From: Amoebidium appalachense
Lineage: Eukaryota; Protista; Ichthyosporea
Direction of reading: 5' to 3'
Assembly (NCBI GenBank): GCA_963693365.1
Contig: CAVNZM010000009.1
Coordinates: forward strand, 6,912,171-6,976,170
Length of the DNA: 64,000 nucleotides
Of the stretch, positions 28,448 to 40,300 are shown piece after piece (positions within the stretch are counted from its first letter, which is position 1; the number at the start of each line of letters is the position of its first letter). The position numbers and the translations under genes were made by a program. A model generated the notes under the pieces. The model ran no database searches. It saw only the letters and a program-made list of their open reading frames with translations, and was not told where the DNA came from.

Positions 28448-30308
28448 TTTGCATGCACACGATCCCATGCACGGCGGTAAGTTCCCTGCCATTTCCAGTC
28501 AACCTCCTTTGGAACGTAGAGATAAATATATCCCACAAACCCAAAAGCCCGTGAAGACAGACACTAAGGTAAACTGTGAGGGAAGAGCCGTCAGGATACT
28601 TCATTTCAGCAACGACGACCAACATACTCACAGAGCGCTGAAAACGGATGCAAAGGGGGGGGGGGGGGGGGGGGGGGAAGGCACAGCAGCCAAATGCAGT
28701 AAAAGAGAACATTTAACAAGGAGTGAAAAAGGGCAGTTGGGTGCTCATGGTGGTGGCGGGTTGGTAGTGGGACGGAAAAAAGGGGGGGGGGGGGGGGGGG
28801 GGAGTCCATGCATCAGCAGATGGAGAAAGATGCAAGCAAAGCGTGGCGGCAGCGCAGGGTGCATGGGGAAAAAGTGCTAGGGAGATGGGGGAGGTGGGGG
28901 GGAACCCCGGGAAGGGGGGGGGGGGGGGGGGAGGGTGATGAACCAGAGGGCGGCAAACATGCACCAACAGATTTCAGAAAACAAGTGACACTGACAAACA
29001 TGAAATTAACACCCCCCATGCCCCCCCTGCGCGCGCAAAAAAAAAGAAAGAAAGAAAGAAAGAAAAGAAAAAAAACCCCTTCGAACAGGAACCACCTACA
29101 TTCTGAAGAGTTTAGACTCCTCTCGTGAGTGAATGGAGTAACCCTCGCTCAGTCTCGTGTCGCCAGCAATCACGGCAAAGTCATCTCCAGCAATACCCAG
29201 AATCGTGCTGTGCAGGAAAAAAACAACTAAGGTTAGGCGTATGGGAGAAGTCATAGAACATGGGAGGGAAGAGCTAGGGAGAGGTGGGGAGGGAGCAGGG
29301 GCAGTGGGGGGGGGGAAGGATTGAGGAAAAAAAGAATCAAGTGGTTGCTTGTCTGATGGGTTGAATAGGCTGTGGAATGGAAGTGGTGGCAAGGATGTAT
29401 GCTCAACGGCCGGTAATAATCGGGTGCCCTTGTGTATGTGCCAGCATCGCTGCATGCAACATCGATGCTTGCAACCTGAAAAACCAGGTTGCACAGGCCC
29501 CTGTTGCTCAACTATTATAGGCCAGAGTTTCATGCCAGACCCAGCGTACTCGGGTCTCTCCAACTAACCCGGACTCTCCTGGCCTCTAAACTAAAACTCC
29601 AACCCTTCACAAGCTCTTTCATCTATCAAACAAGACGCCCATAGCAAACTCGCTTGTGAACCCTTCAGTCCCCTCTCCCATCTCCCCCCCCCCCCCCCCC
29701 CCCCCCCCTCTCCCCTCCACCCTCAACCCAACCTCCTCAAGTTCTCCCCTCAATCACATACAAAGCACATTCTCTTAAATCGTGACATAGTCTTGCACTG
29801 CCAACGTAGCTTCAGCCTTCGTGTTTCAGACTTCCCAATAATCAAGGCTCATTCTGTTATCCATGCAATCAAACCAAATCCCTCTAACAAATGGATAAAG
29901 CAACCTCCCCGGGTCACAAAAAAAAGAGAGAAAGGGAGCAAGAGACTGGCAATAACCAAATGAGAACGAAGACGGCTGTGGTGTGTTACAATTTGTAGCA
30001 CAAACATGCGGAATTTTTAGGGGGATAAGGGGTGGCATAGAAAGAGTGCTCACCAGAGGGCCACTCAAAGAACGACGGTAAAAGAAACCAGACCAGAAAG
30101 AGGGACGCGTAGCAGGGAGAGAGGGTAGGAGTGGGGGTGGTGGGGGGGGATGGGGGTGGGGGGAGGAGGATTACCCTCCGTTGTCTGCGTATGGGCTGAA
30201 GTGATGTTGCACGGGGGCCTGCTTTTGGCTTGTGTATGGCACCTCAGGAAGCCCAGAGCGGGCACCATAGGGCAGCTGTCTCCGTGTCGCGAGGAAAGAG
30301 TGATCCAT
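23041..30308 (-). CDS. PSMB1: 20S proteasome subunit beta type-1 (beta-6/Pre7), 8 coding exons, about 248 aa
   Basis: Exons 30308-30175, 29207-29100, 27903-27822, 26925-26796, 25659-25553, 25215-25144, 23985-23887, 23055-23041, all GT-AG and phase-consistent. Motifs [54 protein letters not shown]. Confidence 0.95.
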
Positions 30309-32036
30309 TCTGAAAGAGAAACTCGTTTACACTGAAAACGGTAAGAGATAGCGAGGCTTTAAAAAGATGAGCAACGAAACAGCACACAACAGGGAGCTAC
30401 CCTACAGTATTTTTTGCCTGCGGTTAAATTCCCTAGACATAAGAAGAGAGGTGTTTGGAAAAGGAGCATGTAAAAAAAAACTTGTTTCTCACCTCTCTCG
30501 AGCTCGAGCTCTCTCTCGTTCTTGTTTTGAGTCTCGGCCGGCGACCGGCAAACTTTTGAGACAAAACCATGACGTCACATAAAAAAAGGACTTGCGCAAC
30601 GATTTAATTCAGATTACCCGATCATTTTGCGATTTCGATCGCAGTAATGAATATTGAAAAGGCAATTTGAAGGTTCCCCCCCCCCCCCCCCCCCCCTTCA
30701 AAAGGGCACCCCCCCCCCCCCCTCCTCCAGCCTGCTCCCTTCCCCCCCCCCCCCCCCTCCGTTTTTCGGACCACCGCCACCTGCTCCACACACGGACACA
30801 CACACGCCCACATGCACACGCAAAATGGCATGTGCACACGCGTGAGCACACAAGTACGCACGCAACCATGCACGCACATACACACATGCGCACAGACGCA
30901 CACACACATACACAAGCACGCACACACATATGCGTGCTCCGCACGCGCACGCACACACAATAGGCAGTAATAGACTAACAAACGAGTTATCTACTTATCC
31001 AGATACCTGACCCGTGCACACGAATTGTACATGAACACATTCAGGTCCGGTGACGTAACTGTTTTCAGGATTTGGATGGGAAAGTCTCGCTCTTCCTAAT
31101 TTTTTCCATGGATCCATGACCTCCCCCCACACACACCCACACACCCACCCACCCCCATCCCCTCCCATCCCCTCCCATCCCCCCCTCCCCATCCCTCCCT
31201 CCCTCCCCTCCCCCCTCCCCTCCCATCACCCCGGTCCCCCCCCTCCCCTCCCCCCCCTCCCCCTCCCCCTTCCCCTCCCCCTTCCCCTCCCCCCCCCCCC
31301 CCGCCGCCGCCGCCGCCGACGCCCTGGTCCGGGGTCAGGCCTGTGCTTTTTTCCACTTCCTGTTATGCACTCGTACATTAGCAGAAGAACAATGTGGATT
31401 GAATCGGTGTTCACAGTCGTATTGTGTTAATTTGTCGTTTCCGTATTCCCTGCCACGTTTTTTTGTTCGTTATGTGCATGCCCCCCATTAGCTTAACATT
31501 AAACGAACCCTCTGCCCTACCCCCCTCTCCCCCCCCCCCCCATCTTTGCCTCCCCTTCTTCACATCTCGGCACAGTCTGAGACCCCCCCCCCCCCCCCCC
31601 CCCCCCCCCCCACAGACACACACACACACACAGACACACACAAAAAAAAGGGGGGTTGGGGCGGGGGGGGGGGGGAGAGAGAGGGGGAGAGGGGGGGCTG
31701 AAGGGAGAGATTCGGAGGGGAAAGAAAATCAGTGATGATTTCACCTTAAAACATTTTGCTACAGCTGGCATCATTAAAGGCTTGTGGATTTTACTCCCTC
31801 CCCTTCGCCCCCCTCCCTCCCTCTACCGACCGGCCGGAAGCCCCGAGCCCCCCTTTCCGTCCCCCCCCCCCCCCCTCTTCCCCACTCTCTCTCCCTCTCT
31901 CCCTCTCTCCCTCTCTCCCTATCTCCCTCTGTCCCTCTCTCCCTCCCTTCTCTCCCTCCCCTCTATAGGATACGGAGCTCTCAGAGTACTTTTTTTTCTC
32001 CTACTCCCTCCCCTCCCCCCCCCCTCCCCCCCTCCC

Positions 32037-32067
<31 letters not shown>

Positions 32068-32573
32068 ACACAAGCACACACTGCAACTTCTATTGCAAAA
32101 TGAATTTGCAGGAACTCTGTCTGCGACCAATTCAAAAACATGATTATTTCATGAGAGGGACTATCTACGTACGATGTGCTAAAAATGACTCTTTACATCC
32201 GAATTTCAAACATGTGGCCCAAACATAGGTACTCGTGGAGAAATCTATATAAATGCAAGCCCACTAGTCCCAGGGGCCGCTCGTCAAGTTATTTCTCTAG
32301 CAAATATCTTGACCCAAAAAATCTGCACAAAAAACTCTATGAATTTTTTTAAAAAAACACCTGCCACACAGAAATGTAAGTGTGGTTTGTGATTCGCTTG
32401 GCACCTATGGTATGCTTATGATAGAATAAATATTATCTTTGATAGTGCTAACCTGCAATAACCTGCAGTTTCGCCGCATTTCCTCCACAAAAGTTATTTA
32501 GCACTTACACCGGACACCAGACCGAACATAAACAGGTCGGTTCCTATCGTGATTAGGCGGTAATCACACGTGT

Positions 32574-33445
32574 TCATACGTCATCAACCTCATTCCTTGG
32601 TGCCCTCCACCACGTGCACAACATTCTCGAAAATTCTTCCCAACAAGCGCTCCATCTCAACTGGCCCGTTTCTATCCACACCTCCCATTTGTACTCCACC
32701 TTCCCATCCAACGGCCCTTTGCATAATTCCTTGCCTGCCAGTTTCCAACACGTGTTTTCATTATCAGTGCACGTGATTTCACTTCGTGGGTGCTCATGCC
32801 CTTTGTCGACCGAACACACGCTCCGTCCGTGCTTTCTTTTCATCTTTCCCGCACACTTGTGTGGCTCCCTGCATAGATCGGCAAATCGCTGGACGTTTTC
32901 AGGTAGAATACGATATAACACTTCCGGGATAAGGGTTGTATGCAATTGGCATTCATTGGATAGGTTCGCATACAACGTTATCCCCTGCATCCTGGGCACA
33001 AAGCGGCACTTCACGCAGCCCAAACGGGTGATAGCAATCACGATTCCCCCACCAATCCCCCTGGCAATGAAATCCATAGGCCAATTTTTCTTCACCGGAA
33101 GTTTTCCGCCGATTGTGTTGTGCGTGGCTCTTTCCCAAGTCGCTTTTCTGATCTTTCTGAGATCTTCGATTAGTGTGCGGCGTGCACTGGTGTCCATCGC
33201 AGCAATCTTATTGGCCAGCGTTTTATATTGGAAGACCTGTTGGTTGATGGACATATCGGCAGTCGACAGACTCGCGGTGCATGCCTGTTTGCGGGGGGCG
33301 GGAAAAGGGGGGGGGGGGGGGGGGGGGGGGGAGGGGAGGGAGGGGGGGGAGGGGAGAGGGGGGGGGGGGGGGGGGAAGGGGGAGGAGGGGGTAGGACCGG
33401 GAGGGGGGAGGGGGAGGGGGGGCTAGACCGGGGTTGTGGTGGGGT

Positions 33446-33476
<31 letters not shown>

Positions 33477-33479
33477 CCT

Positions 33480-33521
<42 letters not shown>

Positions 33522-34289
33522 GTTGTTTTGTACGGGTCTAAGGGAGCAGAGTGCACAGAGGTGTTATGTAAAACACGACCAACACAATAAAGAGAAAACA
33601 ATCGGAGTTGTTCTCGACACATGAAAGATTTCAAACAACAACTGACCTTTTTTTGTGCTTCCGGGTCTTTTTGTACTTGCAACTTATCATCTTATCTCAA
33701 CTAAAAGAGGAGAACCAATCGGTTCTATCAGATGATAGAAAAACACATTCCGACAGAGCATACACATTCCAACTTCCGAAGGCTAACTGAAGCTTAGAAG
33801 CTCTTACTTAAATAACTTAAGTAATCATACATCTTGTCACTATTAATACACATATATATTTATAATCGTCTCTATAAAGAAACTCATTTAAATACATATA
33901 TTTCCTATTAGTCGACACTCTCAAAGTGAAGACACATTACGATAAATCGAATTCCAGGTATATCTATTGTGTCCAATTATGAAACGTATAATAATAGACG
34001 GTGGCACAACACGATCTATAGATGTACTCACTCGCGACTAATAATTGGTGAGTCATCTTATTGTGAACTAAAACTAAACCTCTTTGAAATAAAACAAAGA
34101 CAACGAATGTAGCTAGCCAATCACGCTACCTCTCAGATAAACAGAGGCGAGCAAACACAGATAAAATACAATAAGTTCTATCAGGCAAGAGAGCCAGGTG
34201 TGCACAGATCTACAGATAAAAGGCCTATATCTGTGCACACAGAAACAAGAGAGAGAGAGAGAGAGACCGGGGGGGGGGGGGGGGGGGGG

Positions 34290-34331
<42 letters not shown>

Positions 34332-37300
34332 AAAGAGAAAAGGGAGAGAGGGGGGAGAGCACAAAGAAGGAGAGCAGACACGAATACAAACAAAGCTAAG
34401 ACACATACATACTTCAAGACTCTTGCTGTCCTACGTAGTGACGTATTCCAACATCCCCACTCAAGGGGTTGAAGTCTGTGTTCTCGTGTCTGTTGATGTG
34501 ACGGTAGATCAGGTCCTAACATATGGGGCCGTCACACACAAGTCTCCCCACTTGAGGATGCAAACCGAAGATCCTTGAGGTGGGAAGGAGAATACCAAAA
34601 CGGAAGAGGCACACAACGACGGTTGCCTCGGAAGACTCGGAACAGGAAGGGAGTCATGGTGGTGAACCTCGATATATATTTATATAAAAGAAACATTAGT
34701 GTATGTGTGACGTGTTGGTGGCTAATGTTTTATACTGGGGACCACCCAGATAAACACAAGGCATAAACATCTTGTGGACTGATTTATAGACTGGTAGTCA
34801 ACCAGTTAAGACACGGGGAAGGTTCATCCCGTGGACTAGGTTTAGACTGGCAGTCAACCAGCTCGCCATGGCTAAAGAGAATTATTTATACTGGGACGCC
34901 ATCCCAGTTCGACATATACATAAGTCGAATATAGGAGAAAACCAAGATATATGGTGGAATATGAATATAAATAAATAAACGACGGATGGTGGAGAATAAC
35001 CTCCCCACTGAAGAGGCATAGGGCGCTTGACGATGGAAGACAGAGTCCCCACTGATGAAGACAAACGATGAGGAGTAGTAGACTTTCGTTGGGATGAGCA
35101 GTAAGACAAGCGGGGGCACACATACACGTGGTGTAGACAGCCCCGTCGTGGGGGACGTCGGTGACGGTGTTGCAGGTATGAAGGTTTTATTAGGGGGTAG
35201 GCCGTCTCTTGGGTTGTTGTTGTTGTATGGGAGTTGTGTGGTGTTTTTTTTCGACGAGTTTTCTACTGGTGGCCTGGCGTCTTCGACGTGTGTATGAGTC
35301 CTGTGTTAGCGACGTGTGTGGTTAGGGTCAGTGGAATAGAAAGTCCTGCTGCTGTCTGGGAGCTCGGCCCTCTGACGAGGGGGCTGGCCGGGGGGTCGAG
35401 GTGTAGTCATGGCAGTGGCAGGCCCCCACTGTTGTGAACCCCCGTCGTTGATGGGCCTGGTGCTGAGGCCCCTTGGAGTGGCTGCCCTGGGCCTGGTGTT
35501 GAGGCCCCTTCTCGTCTCCCACCCAACTCAAAGAAAAGTTCATACGTATACACTGTTTCAAGCCCCTTTTAAGCGTGCAGTTAGTTAGAGTCGTTCGTAT
35601 ACACGCTAGGGCGTGATACGACACCCCCCCCCCCCCCTGTTGGACATTGTGTTCATAGAAGCTAGTTCTAGTGCACGTTGTTCCTTCTGTAAGTCAGAAA
35701 TGATTGCATCTTGTGAGGCCAACCTCTGCTCCAGTAGTTGGACTAGTTGCTGCAACTGTAAGTTGTCAGACATAGTGTCGTGTATGATGGGTAACTAGTC
35801 TATGTGTTTTGTGCACTGGAAACGACAGTAGAAAAGTGTAAATCAAACGTTCTGCTTCCCATGTTTGTGACATGGGAGGCACTGCTTTATATAGTCGTTG
35901 GCCACCTCATGGTGGCCTCGTGTGCACCCTGGTGGTGGGCCATGTACAGCATGGCCGAAAAGAGAGCACAATGAAAACAAGTCGTTAAAGATATAAAAGT
36001 TAACTGTGCACGTTGAGTGGCTAGTTAACTTGCACTAAAGCACACAAATAAACGTGTTTAACACACCAATTGCAGTTAAACGTAAATCTTGCTTCACACA
36101 ACTAAAAATATTCTGAGAATATCCGGGAATAAAGCACACTACCACTCTAAGAATAGAATCCTGTGGCAAATATAGACATGACATCATCTGAACCGGGAAT
36201 AGCCGAAAAGAGAGCACAATTAGCACGTTGCTAGTGAAGCTCGTCATTGGTACAGTTTTGGCTCAAACATATAACTACCATATATGAATATGACCGTAAA
36301 CAAAAGCTCTATGCACTCGAGTGAGTGTTGAAACAGTTATTCAATTGCTCAGAAACTTTCTCTAACAGACATTGCTAGCCGGGAGTACCAGTGTACTCCA
36401 ACACCCCTACTCAATTGGATAATTGTGGTATGAATTAATGCAACTGAGCTCGAGTGCTTCAGGTGCACAAAATACAGACAATAAAGATTCCCCTACTCAA
36501 TTTTAGTATGGTACACGTAGTTGCACAGTCGGATGCAACTCTCTCCCCCCCCCTGAAGTATGAGGGCGCAGTTGGTTGATGACGGGTGCTCAGCACATGT
36601 TGAGCATCCCCACGGCCTTGGTGAAGAAAGAGGCAGACAGGGCCTTGGTGAACATGTCGGCCTTGTTGTCAGCAGAAGCCACTGGGACCACAGTGATGTT
36701 GCCCAGCAGGTGATGTTCCTTGACGGAGCAGTAGCGGACGTCGATGTGCTTGGTCTTGGGCTTAACCCCCAGGGTGTCCAGCAGGGCCCGGGCAGACTCA
36801 TTGTCCCCATGGATGGGCACCGGGGTGGGCTCATTGATAGGATTAAGGCCCAGGTCGTCCATCACATAGTTGAGCCATAGGGCCTCGTTCGTAGCAGCAG
36901 ACATGGCCACAAATTCAGCCTCAGTGGAGCTGTGGGTGGTGATGGACTGGAGCCGAGACACCCAGGACACAGGGGAGGAGTTGATGAAGAAGACATAGCC
37001 CGTGGTGGAGCGCCGGGTGTCGCGGTCCTCGGCGTAGTCGGAGTCGGAGTAGCCAACAAGGTTGGGGGGGCCGGGACGGTAGACAATACCCAGGTCGATG
37101 GTGGCCAGCAGGTAGCTTACAACTCTGGTAGCCATAGTCCAGTGGGTGACGGTGGGCGCATGAATGTGTCGAGTAAGGACTCCCAGAGCCTGGGAAATGT
37201 CGGGGCGGGTGGTACGCGCAATCCACAGCAGGGCACCGACCAGGCTGGCATAGTCCTCCTTCTTGCTGTAGGCTGGGGTCTTGTTGCTTTCACTGGCCTG

Positions 37301-40300
37301 GCCCGGGACGATGGGGGTCTTGGTGCCGGACATGTGGGTGAGACGAAAACGGGCAGCCAAGTCGATGATGTGTTGACGATGGCCCAGACGCAGAGACCCG
37401 TCCTCCAGCCAGGTAAGAGTGTGCCCGATGAGCAGGGTAGGACGACCCAGGTCCTTGGCAGAGAAACGAGCATCCAGCTTGGTGAAAAAATCGTCGATGA
37501 GCGCATCAGTGGCGGCCGTCACGGTGAAGTCATCCACGTAGGCAGCAAGGGCAATAAACGTTGGGGTCCCGGCATTCTTGATGAACAGGCACGGGTCAGC
37601 AGCACTCACAATGAAGCCTTGGTCGAGGAGATGGTCACGGAGGGCCTCATACCACTGGCGCGGTGCCTGTTTTAGGCCGTAGAGCGCCTTGTGGAGCAAG
37701 CCGACAGCATGGGGGGCCGAGGGGTTGACGAAGCCAGGGGGCTGCTCAATGTAGATGGTCTCGTTGACGGTGCCGTTGAGGAATGCTGTGTTGACGTCGA
37801 TGTGGCGCAGAGGCAGACCTTGGGCCACGGAGGTAGCCAAAACCAGCCGGATGGTAGCCAGCGCAGCCACAGGTGACTCGGTGACGAAATAGTCCTGGCC
37901 AGGCTGCTGGTAGTTGCCCCGGGCCACAAGCCGGGCCTTGAAAGCAGTGACGTTGCCGACGTTGTCCTGCTTGACCGTAAAGACCCAGCCGACCGGAATG
38001 ACAGTGGAGCCATCCTCTGGACGGGGCACAAGGGTGAAGGTGCCGTTGTCTTCCAGGGCCTTGAGCTCACGGTGTGCAGCCTCCTCCCATTTCAGACGCT
38101 GGGGACTCTTGAGTGCAGCCCGGACAGTCTTGGGGACAACAATGGTGGAAGCCTTGATGGGTGTTGATGCAGGAGCCGTAGCCTGGGGGGCAAGGGGGGC
38201 CGTAGCAGCAGCCACGTTGGCAGTCGGGCCTCGACGTTGGTCGTTGTACACAGCGCCACTACGGGTCGTCCGGGGGAGCCGATGTGCAGGCTCGGGCAGG
38301 ATCGGAATGTCCAATTGATCACTCGGCGCTGTCCCATTGGCTGACAGACGAGACGAATCAGATTGCTGATCATTCCGGACGATGTGATTGGCTGGCTGAT
38401 TTGACGAATCAGATGACTCCAAAAAATGATGAATTGCCGGTGCGGTCGACCAATCAGATGGGACATCACGGAGGGGGTGCAGAATAGCAGCCTCGTCGAA
38501 CTGCACGTCACGGCTGACGGTCATCTTGTGTGCTGCTGGAATCCAGACCTTGTAGCCCTTGATGTTAGGAGGGTAGCCCACGAAGATGCCCTTGACGGCA
38601 CGAGGCGCCAGTTTCGGTGTATCCTGTTGATGGACGTAGCAGGGAGAGCCCCAGACACGGAGCCGGCTGTAGTCGGGAGGAATGCCGGTCCACAGCAGGG
38701 CGGGAGACGATTGGCTGCCGGTGGCTCGCGACGGGAGCATGTTGCGTATAAAAGCCGCGGTCACAGCTGCCTCGGCCCAGAATCCCACCGGAAGGCCGGA
38801 CTGCTGCAGGAGTGCCCGAACCATGTCGAGGAGGGTCCGGTTCAGTCGTTCGGCAGTCCCATTCTGTTGAGGAGAGCCGGTGGTAGTGATCTGATGGCGA
38901 ATGCCATGCTCACGGTTGTAGTCCCCGAAGGCCGTGCCCATGTACTCGCCCCCCCCGTCGGACTGAAACACCTGCATGGGAACACCGTGTTGGGTAACCG
39001 CCGCCTTGTGGTACGTCACATATGCAGCCAGTGTGTCCGACTTCTTGACGAGGGGCACGGCCGTGGTGTGGCCGGTGAATTCGTCGTGGAACGTCGCCAA
39101 GTACTGAGCACCACCGATCGCGGGAGGGAAGGGGCCGCTGATGTCGCTGTGAACCTTGGCTAGGACCCGGGGAGCTTGGCTAGTTGATTCGGAGAAGGCA
39201 ACACGGTGGGCTTTGCCGAGGGCACAGGGCTCACACACACCCGGAGACTTGGCACCGCCACCCACCAACAGGCCTGCAGACTTGATGACCGAGCGTACAG
39301 CGTCAATGCCAGCATGGCCCAGACGGTAGTGCCACGTGTTGAGGTCGGCAGTAACCTTGAGGATACGCGGAGCAGTGGTGGTTTGGGCGTCCGGGGTTGT
39401 GTCCGCGCGCAGAAGAGACACCGCCATGTGGTACAGCTTGGTGCCGACAGCCGAGCCGGTGGCCAGAATTTGATCGCCGTAGCACAACTTAACGCCGCCG
39501 CGGGTGTCAAAGCGGGGTAAAACACCGTTGGTAGTTGCCGTGAACACACTGATGAGAGTGTCGGGGATGGAGGGCACGTAGAGTACATCCGTCAGCTGAT
39601 GCACCGCAGTAACGCCGTCGATGGTGCTGGAAAAGAACACGTCGCCCACCCCAAGCACTGCACATGCACCCTTGTCGGCTACTTGGACCGTGGAGTAAGG
39701 CGCCGCACGCATGTTGATGAACACATCGGGCCGGGGGCACACATGGTCAGTGGCTCCAGAGTCGAGGAGCACCTTGTTGGTGCCACAGTCGTTGCTAGAC
39801 ATGAGGAAAGCCCGGGGAGCGGCAGCCCCCCCCTTGCACTGTGCCGTAGTGTGGGTAGTAGAGGCAGGGTGGTTGATGCAGGACCCAGGCGGGAGGGGAC
39901 CACCCTTAGGTTTGCGGCCGTTGGCACGGTTGCCCCCCTTGCACATGGCGGTAGTGTGACTGGTAGACAGTGGGTGGTTGACGCAGGAACCCTTGGGGTA
40001 GGTGCTGGCACGGTTGTTGCCAGAGTTGCTGTGTTGGCCGTTGCCGTTGGGGCACTGAGACTTGATGTGGCCTGGTTTGCCGCAGCCGTGGCAGATGACA
40101 GGTTGAGGAGCCCGTGTGGTGAAGGCGGCCGGCCCGGAGCTGGTAGTCACACGTGCACGTGGGTGGCTGGTCTCATATGCCCGTAGCTGTTGGAGGAGGC
40201 CCATCACGGTAGGCTTGGGTGTCATCTTGTAGGCAATTACAGGCATTTCGTAGTAAGGCACCTTGCCGAGGTCGTTGGTGAGCTTGGTCAGCACTTGAGC

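Noticed and set aside
30600-32230. Possible plus-strand gene divergent from PSMB1
   Set aside because: Only short AG/GT-bounded fragments, with no coherent ORF or recognisable motif.
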